DNA from: Proteobacteria bacterium UBA664
GTDB taxonomy: Bacteria; Pseudomonadota; Gammaproteobacteria; UBA7966
Assembly (NCBI GenBank): GCA_002299125.1
Contig: DBNU01000061.1
Location: 514 to 64,513, forward strand
Direction of reading: 5' to 3'
Length of the DNA: 64,000 nt
Shown here one piece after another: positions 20,982-31,407 of the stretch; position 1 is the stretch's first letter; every line of letters starts with the position of its first letter. A model generated the notes under the pieces. That model was not told the DNA's origin. It did not search any database and worked only from the letters and a program-made list of their open reading frames with translations. Both the position numbers and the translations under genes were made by a program.

Positions 20982-21305
20982 ATGGCGTTTGTGGTCACCG
21001 AGGCCTGTATCAAGTGCAAGTTCACCGACTGTGTCGAGGTGTGCCCGGTCGACTGCTTCCATGAAGGCCCCAACATGCTCGTCATCGACCCGGACGAGTG
21101 CATCGATTGCACCTTGTGTGAGCCCGAGTGCCCGGTCGAGGCCATCGTGTCCGAAGACGACGTCCCGAAGTCACAACAAGCCTTCATCGAACTGAACCGC
21201 GAACTCGCGAAGGCTTGGCCGGTGCTCAGCCACCGTAAGGAGCCCCTGCCCGAGGCCGAGGAATTCCGCAGTGTGAAAGACAAGTCGCATCTCATCGAGC
21301 GCTGA
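20982..21305 (+). CDS. fdxA: 7Fe ferredoxin (Azotobacter-type ferredoxin I)
   Basis: [51 protein letters not shown] gives the 3Fe-4S plus 4Fe-4S cysteine pattern of FdxA. It lies downstream of mutS, as in pseudomonads. Confidence 0.85.
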   Translation: MAFVVTEACIKCKFTDCVEVCPVDCFHEGPNMLVIDPDECIDCTLCEPECPVEAIVSEDDVPKSQQAFIELNRELAKAWPVLSHRKEPLPEAEEFRSVKDKSHLIER

Positions 21306-21442
21306 GGGCGGGCGGCGGCTCGGGTGGGTGCGGCCGACCACAGGCTGGCGGTAAGTGGAGCGTGGTGATTACGTAGACGGGGTGCCAATCCATTGGCCGG
21401 CGACCCGGCGGCGATACCGGTCAGGCGAGGGGGCTAGCGAAG

Positions 21443-23956
21443 GTGTCTCAAGGCATGAAGACCCCCTTCTGGAAATCCCAATGGTTTGCGACCGTCATTC
21501 TGGCTGTATTGCTGACGGCCTTCGCCCGGGACATCACCGACGCCCTCGACCGGGCTGCCTACGACCTCGGTGTACGTCACTCGGTACGTGAGCCCTCGCC
21601 CGACGTATCCGTCATCGCCATAGACGATCAGTCGATCGCCAACATCGGTCGCTGGCCATGGCCGCGCACCGTGCTGGCGGAGGTCATAGACCGGCTCGCC
21701 GAGGCGAAGGCAAAGGTGATTGCCCCGCTCATCTTCCTCTCCGAGCCGCAGGTCGATCCGGGCCTGCTTAAGCTGCGCGATCTGGCGCGCGAGTTCGCAC
21801 AGTTGGGGCTGCCCGGAGAGCCCGCTGCGGCCTTCGGTACGCGCCTGGGCGAGGCCGAGGCCGCACTGGACACCGACTCCCGCCTGGCTGCGGCGCTCAC
21901 CCGTGCACGGAACGTCATCCTGCCGATGCAGTTCGACAAGGGTGAGCCCCTCGGCAATCCGAGTGAGGCCCTCCCGGACACCGTTCTGGCAAACGCCCTC
22001 CCCACCGTGGTGGACGAGATCAGCGCACTCGAAACGCAGCAACTCCCCACCAGCACCATCCGCATCGAGCCCCCCATCCCGCTCCTGGCAGAAGCGGCGA
22101 CCGGACTCGGGGCCCTCATCTTCAATGTCGAACCCGACGGCGGTATCCGCAGTGACCCCTTGGTGGTCAGCTACTACGACCGCTACTTCCCCAGCCAGTC
22201 CCTGCTGGTGGCCGCGAGGAGTCTCAACCTGACATTGGCGGACATTCGCGTGCGGCTGGGCGAGGGCGTCCAGCTCGGGCGCCTGAACATCCCGACCGAC
22301 CCGGCACTGCAGATGCGCACCTTCTTCTACTCCCAACAGGGTGACCGCGCGCCCTTCAGCAAGGACAGCTTCTACGATGTCTACGCGGGCAAGGTGCCGC
22401 TCACGAAGTACGCCGGGAAGGTGGTCGTCATCGGGCCCACTGCCTTCGGCGTCGGGCAGGCCATCAAGACGCCGACCGACGAGGCCATGCAGCCGGTGGA
22501 GATCATGGCCCATCAGGTCTCGAGCATCCTGTCAGAGCATTTCTTCGTGGTTCCGGCCTGGGGCATGCCCGTCGAGATATTCGTGTGGCTTGCGGTTCTC
22601 GCCTATGTCGCATTCGCGCTGCCACGCCTGGGTGCCGGTCCCAGCGCCCTGCTGACCGCCATCCTCCTTATCGTATTGCTGGGCACGCAGCTCACGATGA
22701 TGACCACCCACGGCATGGCACTCCGTTTCATGGCCGCCATCGTGCTGCTCACAGCCGGCTATGTGATGGTCACGGTGCGCCGCTATCTGGTCACCGAGCG
22801 CGGCAAGCTACGCGCCGACAGCACGGCCGCCGAGGGCAATCGCATGCTGGCCATCCAGTTCCAGCAACAGGGTCAGCTCGATATGGCCTTTGACAAGCTG
22901 CGCGCCTGTCCGCTCGATGAAACACTGCTGGAGCCGCTCTACTCGCTGGCGCTCGATTTCGAGAACAAGCGCCACTGGGCCAAGGCGAACAGCGTCTACG
23001 AGTACATCGCACGGGCGGATCCAGGCTTTCGCGACATCAAGGATCGCAAGAAGCAGAACGAGGATCGTACCCAGTTCTTCGGTGCCTCCGGCGGCGGCGG
23101 CGCTACGGTGGCGCTCGGCCCGGGCTCGATGCTGGGGCGCTACCAGGTGGAGAAGGAACTCGGCAAGGGTGCCATGGGCGTCGTCTATCTGGGGCGGGAT
23201 CCCAAGATCAACCGCGTCGTCGCCATCAAGACGATGGCCCTGTCGCAGGAGTTCGAGGCGGATGAACTCGAAGAAGTGAAGTCGCGCTTCTTCCGCGAGG
23301 CCGAGACTGCCGGGCGCCTCACCCATCCCAACATCGTGACCATCTACGACGCCGGCGAGGAACACGACCTCGCCTACATCGCGATGGAGTTCCTGCAGGG
23401 GCACGACCTCACGCGCTACACCAAGGAGGGCGGCCTGCTTCCCGTCCCGGTGGTCATGGGCATCATCTACAAGGCGGCGCTTGCCCTGCACTACGCCCAC
23501 GGCAACAACGTCGTGCACCGCGATATCAAGCCCGCCAACATCATGTACGAACCGGAAGCCAAGAAGGTCAAGCTCACCGACTTCGGCATCGCCCGCATCA
23601 CGGACTCGAGCAGGACCAAGACCGGCATGGTGCTCGGCACACCGTCCTATATGTCGCCGGAGCAGCTCTCGGGCCGGAAGGTCGATGGTCGCTCGGACCT
23701 CTTCTCGCTGGGTGTGATGCTCTACCAGATGGTCACGGGCCGGCTGCCCTTCAAGGGCGAATCAATGGCCACGCTGATGTACAAGATCGCCAATGAGCCG
23801 CATGCAAGCGTTCTCGACGTCCGTCCGGAACTGCGCGAGCTCAAGCCCTGCCTGTCGGCGATCATCGACCGCGCCCTGAAGAAGGATGTCGATGCCCGCT
23901 ACCAGACGGGCGAGGACCTGGCGCGTGACCTGCAGGAATGCGCGCGCGCGCGCTGA
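21443..23956 (+). CDS. CHASE2 sensor domain-containing Hanks-type serine/threonine protein kinase
   Basis: The N-terminal roughly 400 aa are CHASE2-like (an N-terminal TM segment, a periplasmic region, then a cluster of TM helices). The C-terminal kinase carries GKGAMGVVY, VAIK, HRDIKPAN, DFG and SPEQ motifs. Confidence 0.8.
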   Translation: MSQGMKTPFWKSQWFATVILAVLLTAFARDITDALDRAAYDLGVRHSVREPSPDVSVIAIDDQSIANIGRWPWPRTVLAEVIDRLAEAKAKVIAPLIFLSEPQVDPGLLKLRDLAREFAQLGLPGEPAAAFGTRLGEAEAALDTDSRLAAALTRARNVILPMQFDKGEPLGNPSEALPDTVLANALPTVVDEISALETQQLPTSTIRIEPPIPLLAEAATGLGALIFNVEPDGGIRSDPLVVSYYDRYFPSQSLLVAARSLNLTLADIRVRLGEGVQLGRLNIPTDPALQMRTFFYSQQGDRAPFSKDSFYDVYAGKVPLTKYAGKVVVIGPTAFGVGQAIKTPTDEAMQPVEIMAHQVSSILSEHFFVVPAWGMPVEIFVWLAVLAYVAFALPRLGAGPSALLTAILLIVLLGTQLTMMTTHGMALRFMAAIVLLTAGYVMVTVRRYLVTERGKLRADSTAAEGNRMLAIQFQQQGQLDMAFDKLRACPLDETLLEPLYSLALDFENKRHWAKANSVYEYIARADPGFRDIKDRKKQNEDRTQFFGASGGGGATVALGPGSMLGRYQVEKELGKGAMGVVYLGRDPKINRVVAIKTMALSQEFEADELEEVKSRFFREAETAGRLTHPNIVTIYDAGEEHDLAYIAMEFLQGHDLTRYTKEGGLLPVPVVMGIIYKAALALHYAHGNNVVHRDIKPANIMYEPEAKKVKLTDFGIARITDSSRTKTGMVLGTPSYMSPEQLSGRKVDGRSDLFSLGVMLYQMVTGRLPFKGESMATLMYKIANEPHASVLDVRPELRELKPCLSAIIDRALKKDVDARYQTGEDLARDLQECARAR

Positions 23957-24005
23957 GGCTGGCTGCGGCCGGCGGGCGCAGACCCAACCCATGCGATCCG
24001 GCACG

Positions 24006-24815
24006 ATGAACACCACCCTCGAACTGGTCGGGCTGTCCGATACCGGCAGACGGCGCCCCCACAACGAAGACTCCACCGTCATCGACCCCGAGCTCGGATT
24101 GGCCGTGGTTGCGGATGGCATGGGTGGTTACAAGGCCGGCGAACTCGCGAGTGCCATCGCGGTGGTCACGATCTGGACCGAATTGCAGGCCGCCCTGCCA
24201 GGCCTGGCCCCCACCGACCGGAACAGCGAGAGCGGTCGGCTCAGCTTCGGCATCCTGCTGGAACGGGCCATCGACAAGGCCAACCGGCTCATCCATGAAA
24301 CCCAGGAGCGGGAGCAGGAGACCCGCGGCATGGGCACGACGGTGGCCTGCCTGCTCGCCCGTGGCGACCGCCTGGTCATCGCCCACGTGGGTGATTCGCG
24401 CGTCTACCGGCTGCGGGGCGAAGCCCTCGAACGGGTGACCAACGACCACTCGCTCATCCAGGAACTCATCGATCGAGGCTTCTACACCCCGGAAGAGGCA
24501 GCCGAGAACGCACCGAAGAACCTCGTTACGCGCGCACTCGGCATAGAATCCTCAGTGGAGGTGACGATGCGCGAGGAGGCCTGCGTCCCGGGGGAGATGT
24601 TTCTTCTGTGCTCGGACGGCCTCAATGATATGGTTTCCGATGAAGAAATCCGTCTAACCCTGTGTAAGGCTGGCGCTAATCTGCTTGATGCCGCGCGGGA
24701 TTTGGTTAGACTGGCAAACGAAGGTGGTGGGCGCGACAACGTCTCCGTGGTGCTCTGTCGAGTTGGCGGGCACACTGCTCGTCGCGACAGGCCCGATGGG
24801 GTAGTCGCTCGATGA
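24006..24815 (+). CDS. PP2C-family serine/threonine phosphatase (Stp1-like)
   Basis: VADGMGGYKAGELAS...CSDGLNDMV are PPM motifs. The start was set at MNTTLELVGLSD within ORF 23886..24815. Confidence 0.8.
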   Translation: MNTTLELVGLSDTGRRRPHNEDSTVIDPELGLAVVADGMGGYKAGELASAIAVVTIWTELQAALPGLAPTDRNSESGRLSFGILLERAIDKANRLIHETQEREQETRGMGTTVACLLARGDRLVIAHVGDSRVYRLRGEALERVTNDHSLIQELIDRGFYTPEEAAENAPKNLVTRALGIESSVEVTMREEACVPGEMFLLCSDGLNDMVSDEEIRLTLCKAGANLLDAARDLVRLANEGGGRDNVSVVLCRVGGHTARRDRPDGVVAR

Positions 24816-24863
24816 GGGCAGGTTCACCCGAAGGGTGGGGCTCTGCAGAGGTCAGGGGCAACG

Positions 24864-25601
24864 ATGGCTAAGCTAGTCCTCAGTCTCAACGGCACCGTCC
24901 AATCCGAGCACCTGCTCGGCAAGGAACGCATCACCATCGGTCGCAAGCCCGACAACGACGTCCAGATCGATAATCTGGCCGTCAGCGGCAAGCACGCACT
25001 GGTTATAACCATCCTCGACGACTCCTTTCTCGAGGATTTGGGCAGCACCAACGGCACCTACGTCAACGGCAAGCTGATCAAGAAGCACGCGCTGCGTAAC
25101 GGCGACGTCATCGGGATCGGCAAGCACGAACTCAAGTACATCAACGAAGCGGCGACCGCGACCGAGGACGACGACTTCGAGGCCACCATCGTCATTCCGC
25201 CGCGCAATGCCTCGGCGGCGCGCGAGGCAGCCCAGGCTGCGGCCCAACAAGGTGCCAGTGCTGCGGGTATCAGCTCTGCAGCGCGGAGTGCAGCCGGGAT
25301 CCCGCCCGTTGCAGCCGCTGCGGGTATGCCCCTCGGGCGCCTGCGGGTCCTGAATGGACCCATCGCCGGGCGCGAGCTCGAACTCACCAAGGCCCTCATC
25401 ACCCTCGGCAAACCGGGCGTGCAGGTGGCCGTGATTTCGCGGCGGCCGCAAGGCTATGTGCTGACACACATCGAGGGCGGCACACCCAACAATTTCCCGA
25501 TCGTGAACGGGCAGCCCATCGGGCCGAATGCCTACCCGCTCAAGGATTCGGACATCATCGAGCTGGCCGGCATCAAGATGGAGTTCTTCCTCTCGCGTTG
25601 A
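24864..25601 (+). CDS. FHA domain-containing protein (two FHA-like domains)
   Basis: The N-terminal FHA is ITIGRKPDNDVQID...GSTNGTYVNG. The C-terminal half is a second FHA-like fold (RVLNGPIAGRELEL...VNGQPIG). The two are separated by an Ala-rich linker. Confidence 0.75.
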   Translation: MAKLVLSLNGTVQSEHLLGKERITIGRKPDNDVQIDNLAVSGKHALVITILDDSFLEDLGSTNGTYVNGKLIKKHALRNGDVIGIGKHELKYINEAATATEDDDFEATIVIPPRNASAAREAAQAAAQQGASAAGISSAARSAAGIPPVAAAAGMPLGRLRVLNGPIAGRELELTKALITLGKPGVQVAVISRRPQGYVLTHIEGGTPNNFPIVNGQPIGPNAYPLKDSDIIELAGIKMEFFLSR

Positions 25602-25668
25602 GGTGTGGTTGCCTCGTCACAGCCGGCTGGATCACGGTCGACCTGCCTGATGGCCATCCCCGCGCCGA

Positions 25669-27930
25669 TCACTTCGTCTTGAAGGCGAAGACCCCGGTCC
25701 AGTCCTGACCAGGCGGATTTTGCCGCAACCATGCGCAACGCTCGGCGTACTTCCGGTAAAGCCCCGGATTCTTCGTCTGTTTGACGAGCGTCAGGAACTG
25801 CATCTCGGCCAGGTCCCAATTGCGGTTCCGGTAGTACTCGAGGCCCTGTCGATACACCTTGAGTTCATCCTTGAGCTCCTTCGTGAGTTCCCCCGTGCGG
25901 CAGAGCGGCTCATGAATGGTGACCGACTGCTCCTTGCCCTTCACCTTGACGAGATCGAGCTCCCGGTAAATGAATCCCGGTGCCGCCTTGCGGGTGCTCT
26001 CACTCACGATGATGGAAACGCCGTATTCCTTGGTTAGGCCTTCGAGCCGCGATCCCAGGTTGACCGCGTCACCGAGCACCGTGTAGGCCATGCGAAACTC
26101 GGAGCCCATGTTGCCAACGGACATCTGACCGGTATTGAGTCCGACGCCGATGGAGATCGCCGGCAGCCCCCTGGCGGTGAATTCCGCGGAAAGCTGCTCT
26201 GCACGCCGCACCATCTCCAGTGCCGTCTGCACCGCATGGGTCGCGTGGTCGGGGTCGTCGACCGGAGCACCCCAGAAGGCCATCACGGCATCGCCCATGT
26301 ATTTATCGATGGTGCCGCGATTGGCGTGGATGATGCGCGTCATGGGCGTCAGGAAATCATTGATGAGGCGCGCGAGCTTTGGTGGCGACAGCCCCTCCGA
26401 GATGGAAGTGAAACCGCGAACGTCGGAGAAGAGCACGGTCAGCTCGCGCGATTCCGCTTCCAGGGAGTAGTTCTCCGGGGCACGGGACATCTCATCCACC
26501 AGTTCGGGTGGCACGTACTGGCCGAAGAGGTTGGTGAGCTGGCGCTTGCCCCGGGTCTCCAGGAAGTAGCCATAGGACATCTGCAACACGAACTGCAACG
26601 TCATCATGGCGAGCGGTGATGCGAGCGGCAGCACGAGGCCGTTGCTCCACACCAGGAGGTTGGTGGCAGTGAGCAGCAGCGTGGCGCCGGCATAGGTGGC
26701 CGTCGCCTGTATCGGACTCACCAGGGGCAGGACCAGCGCCAGCAGCAGCCCGGCGAGGGCGAGCATCACCGCCTCGGCACCCAGTACGTAGGCGGGCCGG
26801 GCCTTGATGGCCCCGTCGAGGATGCCGGTGATGAGGTTCGCATGCACCTCGACCCCCGGATAGTTTTCCTGCACGGGCGTTGCCCGCAGGTCGAAAAGGC
26901 CCGGTGCCGTGGTGCCCACCAGCACGATGCGATCGCGCATGAGAGCGGGCGGAAGATCCGCCGCACCCCGCAGCACGTCCGTGGCCGAGACGTAAGTGAA
27001 GCCACCCTGCCGGCTGCGGTAGGGGATGAGGGCCTGGACGTTCTCGTCCACCGGAATGCGATGAGCACCGATCTCCAGCCACTCCAGGCCTGCGTAGGTC
27101 CGACTTGCCCCCCACGGGGCATCCTCGAAGTGCAGGCGGAGTTCCTCGACTCCGAGTGCCGCCTTGGCGATGGCGATGCTGAGGGACTCGTAGTAGTTGC
27201 CCGCGTACTCGTAGAGCATCGGTACCCGGCGTACGATGCCGTCGATGTCCAGTACCGGATTGAAGTGCCCTGCGCCCCGGGCAGCTTGCTGGAAGGCCTC
27301 GAGATTCGCCCCGAAGCCCTGGGCGCGAGCGACGTTCACCCGGCGGCCCTGAAAGCTGCCGGCCACCAGTGTGGGCCGGGGCAGCACGCCCGAGCGCGTG
27401 GCTTCCTCCCGCGCGACCTCCGCGTTGAAGTAGTAGCCGAGCACCACCGGGTAGCGGGCGATGGTGCTGGCGAACAGTCGATCGTGGTCGAGGCTGGGGC
27501 GCAGTAACTCGAGTTGCTCCTTGAATGCCGCATTCCCCGCCAGTTCGTTCCGGGCGAGGCGTTCGAGTTGCGGCAGACCTGAACTCGTATCGGGCTCGGC
27601 AAAGACGATATCGAAGCCGAGCACTGCCGCGCCGTGCACATCGAAGATCCGCTGCACAAGTTCGGCAAGGGTGTCCCGACTCCAGGGCCAGCGGCCTTCC
27701 CGGGCCAGGGAGCGCTCGTCGATGTCCACGATGACGACCCGCGGATCGGTGCCTGACTGCAGACCCGCGAGCACGCGCCAGTCGTAGGTGATGAGTTCCA
27801 GGCGGTCGATGAGGCCCACCTGGACGTAACCGGCCGCGCGCGCGATGGCGAACAGGACGATGACGAGTGACAGGGACACGGGCAGCCAGCGCTCGGCGAG
27901 ACGCTCGCACAGCCGCTCCATCAATCCCAT
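25669..27930 (-). CDS. CHASE2 domain-containing class III adenylate/guanylate cyclase
   Basis: The N-terminus is CHASE2-like (the similar GRWPWSR motif appears in the adjacent CHASE2 kinase). The C-terminal cyclase catalytic domain carries FSDVRGFT, KYMGDAVMAFWGAP and GLNTG. Confidence 0.8.
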   Translation of the reverse strand: MGLMERLCERLAERWLPVSLSLVIVLFAIARAAGYVQVGLIDRLELITYDWRVLAGLQSGTDPRVVIVDIDERSLAREGRWPWSRDTLAELVQRIFDVHGAAVLGFDIVFAEPDTSSGLPQLERLARNELAGNAAFKEQLELLRPSLDHDRLFASTIARYPVVLGYYFNAEVAREEATRSGVLPRPTLVAGSFQGRRVNVARAQGFGANLEAFQQAARGAGHFNPVLDIDGIVRRVPMLYEYAGNYYESLSIAIAKAALGVEELRLHFEDAPWGASRTYAGLEWLEIGAHRIPVDENVQALIPYRSRQGGFTYVSATDVLRGAADLPPALMRDRIVLVGTTAPGLFDLRATPVQENYPGVEVHANLITGILDGAIKARPAYVLGAEAVMLALAGLLLALVLPLVSPIQATATYAGATLLLTATNLLVWSNGLVLPLASPLAMMTLQFVLQMSYGYFLETRGKRQLTNLFGQYVPPELVDEMSRAPENYSLEAESRELTVLFSDVRGFTSISEGLSPPKLARLINDFLTPMTRIIHANRGTIDKYMGDAVMAFWGAPVDDPDHATHAVQTALEMVRRAEQLSAEFTARGLPAISIGVGLNTGQMSVGNMGSEFRMAYTVLGDAVNLGSRLEGLTKEYGVSIIVSESTRKAAPGFIYRELDLVKVKGKEQSVTIHEPLCRTGELTKELKDELKVYRQGLEYYRNRNWDLAEMQFLTLVKQTKNPGLYRKYAERCAWLRQNPPGQDWTGVFAFKTK

Positions 27931-28004
27931 CGCTCATACCTCACTATCTGAGCCGCGCCTGCGAGGCCAATCGCCCAGTGCGCCTTGCGGACCACGCGTC
28001 GCAC

Positions 28005-28637
28005 TCAGGGCAGCAGGTCCCCGGTGATGATGCCGGCCCGTAGCTCACGCGCCACATCGTTCCATACTTTATCGAACGAATCCGCGAAAGCTTGCACAAC
28101 CGCCTCCACCGAGGCCCCCACCACGACGGGCTGTAACACCTCGAAGCGATGCTGCAGGCGCGCTGCATCCTCCCCAGCCTGTCCCGCCTGAAGATCGATG
28201 GCGACGTGTACCCGGGGCTCGCCGGATCCCACCTCGTGCTCCATGCGCACGATGCGCCCCCGCAGCCAGATCCCGCTGCCGGCCGGGGTGTGATCGGCAG
28301 CAGTGACCTTCCCGGCGATGCCGTGGACGCGCAACCAGTCGGCGAGGTGCTGCTGGAGCAGGCGCGGCGGGGGGTCCACCCAGAAGTGATAGTGCGATTG
28401 CTGCAGGGTCAGATGCGGGGCCGCGGGCGAATAGACGATGGCGCGATCCTGGCGCAGATCATCCGCCTTGAAGGGCAGAACAACGATCTGCGCGATGATC
28501 GGTACGGCGGTCGCCCGGTCGGTTACCGGCAACGGGAGTTGATGGTACTGGGTCTCCGGTACGGGAGGGGCCGTGCCACACGCGCCGAGTGCAACCACAG
28601 TGACCAGAGCGACCGCCCGCCAGAAATGACGCCTCAT
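28005..28637 (-). CDS. ABC-type transport auxiliary lipoprotein (PqiC/YmbA-like, DUF330)
   Basis: It has a signal peptide with lipobox (VALGAC) and is about 210 aa. It sits immediately downstream of the MCE gene with a 4 nt overlap, as pqiC/ymbA-type genes do. Confidence 0.6.
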   Translation of the reverse strand: MRRHFWRAVALVTVVALGACGTAPPVPETQYHQLPLPVTDRATAVPIIAQIVVLPFKADDLRQDRAIVYSPAAPHLTLQQSHYHFWVDPPPRLLQQHLADWLRVHGIAGKVTAADHTPAGSGIWLRGRIVRMEHEVGSGEPRVHVAIDLQAGQAGEDAARLQHRFEVLQPVVVGASVEAVVQAFADSFDKVWNDVARELRAGIITGDLLP

Positions 28638-29653
28638 GGGACGGCACCCTCTGCCCCCCGGGCCGGCCGACTGAACAGTAGCCCGGGCCGCTCGCGCAAC
28701 TGCCTGGAGAACTCGTTCAGGTTGCGGGCCGAACCATCCAGGTTGTGCATGATGGTCCCCATCCGCTCGGCCAGGGTGCCCGATGCCCGCTCGAGCTGGC
28801 CACTTGCCCGGGCCAGACCCGACACCGAAACAGCCACTTCACCACGATTCTCGGCCAGCAGGCCGTGGACATCGCGCAGCACGTCATCCACACCCGCGCG
28901 CGTGGTCGAAAGCTCGGCCGTGAGCTGGTTGAGCCGACCCGAGGTCTGCTCCAGGTGGCTGAGGGCGCGCGTCACGCGCTGCACGTTGGCCGGGTCGAGC
29001 ACTTGCTCCAGCCCGTCGGCCGCCTCGTGCAGGCTCTGCAGCAGCGCCGTGGAGCCCGCGAGCATTTCGCCCAATTGATCGATGCGCGAGCGGCTGCCTG
29101 CGAGCAATGGCCGCAGCTCATCGCGGGACAGTGTCGTCAGTTCCTCGACCAGGGTGCTCAGTTGCTCACGCACGGTGTCCAGCGCCGGGCGGATGCCCTC
29201 GCGCGCGAGCGAGCGGAGCTCCGCGGCTGCCTCGTCGACCACCGCGAAGAGGTTCGCCCGCTCGCGGCCCGGGAGTTCGGCACCGGGGCGCGCGAGGCTC
29301 GTTGCGCTGCCCTCCTCGATCGCGACCGACAGCGCGGCGACGAGGCCGCTGGAGGCGAGGCGCGCGACACTGTCACTGGGTATGGGCCAGTCACTGCGCA
29401 CGGCCAGATGCACCCGGAAGGCCACGTCGCCGGGTGAGAACAGCGGTTCGATGTGACTCACCCGGCCGACCGGGAAACCCTCGAAACTCACCACGGCACC
29501 GTCGCCGAGGCCGCTGACGTCCTGGTAGACCACGCTGTAATGGGTAGTCGGCCCGCTCGCACCCGTCAGCCGATCAAGCACGTACAGCGCCGTTGCCAGC
29601 ATGGCGAGCACGAAGGAGCCGACCAGCAAGTAGTTGACGCGCTCGGATCTCAT
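28634..29653 (-). CDS. MlaD/MCE family protein (outer membrane lipid asymmetry maintenance-like substrate-binding subunit) with extended C-terminal helical region
   Basis: An N-terminal TM anchor and MCE domain (VNYLLVGSFVLAMLATALYVL...YQDVSGLGDGAVVSFEGFPVGRV) are followed by a long Leu/Ala/Arg-rich region. The start was set at MRSERVNYLL; the alternatives are 29671 and 29725. Confidence 0.75.
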   Translation of the reverse strand: MRSERVNYLLVGSFVLAMLATALYVLDRLTGASGPTTHYSVVYQDVSGLGDGAVVSFEGFPVGRVSHIEPLFSPGDVAFRVHLAVRSDWPIPSDSVARLASSGLVAALSVAIEEGSATSLARPGAELPGRERANLFAVVDEAAAELRSLAREGIRPALDTVREQLSTLVEELTTLSRDELRPLLAGSRSRIDQLGEMLAGSTALLQSLHEAADGLEQVLDPANVQRVTRALSHLEQTSGRLNQLTAELSTTRAGVDDVLRDVHGLLAENRGEVAVSVSGLARASGQLERASGTLAERMGTIMHNLDGSARNLNEFSRQLRERPGLLFSRPARGAEGAVP

Positions 29654-29769
29654 CGCCTGATGGTAGGCCATCCGCCCCAGCGGCTTAAGGGCAATTGGCA
29701 GCCACACGCCGATCGGACCGCGCACGGCAAGCCTGCGCTCGGCCCGGATGCAACACCGTCGAAGGACGC

Positions 29770-30600
29770 TCAGGCACGCGTCAGCCGGTCGAGGTAGGCC
29801 TCGGGATCGAAATCCGGAACGCTTGGCTGACGATTGAGCAAGGCCTGGACCCGCGGACTCTGGCTGGCACGCACCTCGGCCACCGTCCCCGTCGCCACGA
29901 TGCGGCCGCCGTCGAGCACGATGAGACGATCCGCGATCGTGAGGGCGCTCTCGATCTCGTGGGTCACGACCACGATGCTCATGTGCATGGCGTCGCGGAG
30001 CTGCAGGATCAGTCGATCGAGTTCGGCCGCGACCACCGGATCCAGGCCCGCACTCGGCTCATCGAAGAAGAGCAGTGGCGGGTCCATCACCACCGCCCGA
30101 GCAATGGCGGCCCGCTTGACCATGCCTCCGGAGAGCTCGGCCGGCAGCAGATCCTCACTACCGGCAAGGTTCACCACCTCGAGCTTGAGTCTGGCCATGA
30201 TGTGCATGGTCGCGGGCGCGAGGCGGGTGTGCTCCTGCAGGGGCAGGATCACGTTCTCCAGCACCGTGAGCGAACTGAACAGCGCCCCGCCCTGGAAGGC
30301 CACCCCCATGTGTCGGCGCAGGCGGTGCATGGCGCGTGCGCTGGCCGTGCGCAAGTCGGTGCCGAGTACTTCCACCCGGCCGGCGGTCGGCCGCGCAAGC
30401 CCCACGAGGTGGCGCAGCAAGGTGCTCTTGCCCGAGCCGCTGCCGCCCATGATGACGACGATTTCACCCGACCCCACCTGCAGGCTGATGTCATGCAGCA
30501 CCTGCCGCTCGCCCCAGTGCGCAGCAAGCCCTTCGACCGCGATCACCGTACTGCCCGGCACCAGCCGGTGCGCGTCGTCCCGGTCGAACAGTCCGCTCAT
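29770..30600 (-). CDS. ABC transporter ATP-binding protein (MlaF-like)
   Basis: It has Walker A (GGSGSGKST), the ABC signature (LSGGMVKRAA) and Walker B (LLFFDEP). The start is at the internal ATG (MSGLFDRDD). Confidence 0.85.
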   Translation of the reverse strand: MSGLFDRDDAHRLVPGSTVIAVEGLAAHWGERQVLHDISLQVGSGEIVVIMGGSGSGKSTLLRHLVGLARPTAGRVEVLGTDLRTASARAMHRLRRHMGVAFQGGALFSSLTVLENVILPLQEHTRLAPATMHIMARLKLEVVNLAGSEDLLPAELSGGMVKRAAIARAVVMDPPLLFFDEPSAGLDPVVAAELDRLILQLRDAMHMSIVVVTHEIESALTIADRLIVLDGGRIVATGTVAEVRASQSPRVQALLNRQPSVPDFDPEAYLDRLTRA

Positions 30601-31394
30601 CACCCCGGACGGCTCATGAGCCAGGTGAAGATCATGTCGGCCACCACGATGTAGGACAGGCTCTGCACCACGGCCCGGGTCGTGGCACGCCCGACCCCAT
30701 CGGCCCCGCCGGTCACGGCAAAGCCGTTGCTCACGCCCACCAGCGCGATGATGATGCCGAAGGTCAAGCCCTTGCCCAGCCCCTGCAGGACATCCGCCAC
30801 CTGCAGGATGGCGAAGGTCTGGGCGATGAAGGCCTCGAAGGACAACCCCAGCACCTGGTTGCAGTACACCGCCGAACCGGCCAGGGCAGCGACACTGGAC
30901 AGCACCGTCAGACACGGCACCATCACGATGGCCGCCACCAGTGGCGGTGCCACCAGATGCCGCACCGGACTGATGCCCATCACGGCCAGTGCGTCCACCT
31001 CCTGCGAGATCTGCATGGCACTGATGCGCGCGGCGAGAGCAGATCCGGAACGACCGGCCACCATGATGCCGCTGATGAGTGCACCGAATTCACGCGTGAT
31101 CGACAGCACCAGGGCCATGACCACCTGGGATTCGGCGCCGAAGGCCTTGAGCGAATACACGCCCTGGATGGCGAGCATCACGCCGACGGAGAAGGACAGC
31201 ACACTCAGGATCGGCACGGCGGCGAGGCCGATCGCCACCAGCTCGTTCAGGATGAGTCGCGCATGCACCGGCTGTCGCAGGAAGGGCCCGAAGAGGAGCC
31301 ACCACAGCGACTCGACCAACAGGCTCGCGCAATAGCCGATCTCCTCGACCAGCACCCGGGCGAGCGACGGCCGCGGGGCGCCGCTGCGTGACAT
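30600..31394 (-). CDS. ABC transporter permease (MlaE-like)
   Basis: About 264 aa with multiple TM segments. The length and the MlaE-like conserved core (…GALISGIMVAGRSGSALAARISAMQISQEVDAL…) match MlaE. The alternative start is 31424. Confidence 0.8.
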   Translation of the reverse strand: MSRSGAPRPSLARVLVEEIGYCASLLVESLWWLLFGPFLRQPVHARLILNELVAIGLAAVPILSVLSFSVGVMLAIQGVYSLKAFGAESQVVMALVLSITREFGALISGIMVAGRSGSALAARISAMQISQEVDALAVMGISPVRHLVAPPLVAAIVMVPCLTVLSSVAALAGSAVYCNQVLGLSFEAFIAQTFAILQVADVLQGLGKGLTFGIIIALVGVSNGFAVTGGADGVGRATTRAVVQSLSYIVVADMIFTWLMSRPG

Positions 31395-31407
31395 GAACGG
31401 ACGGGCT

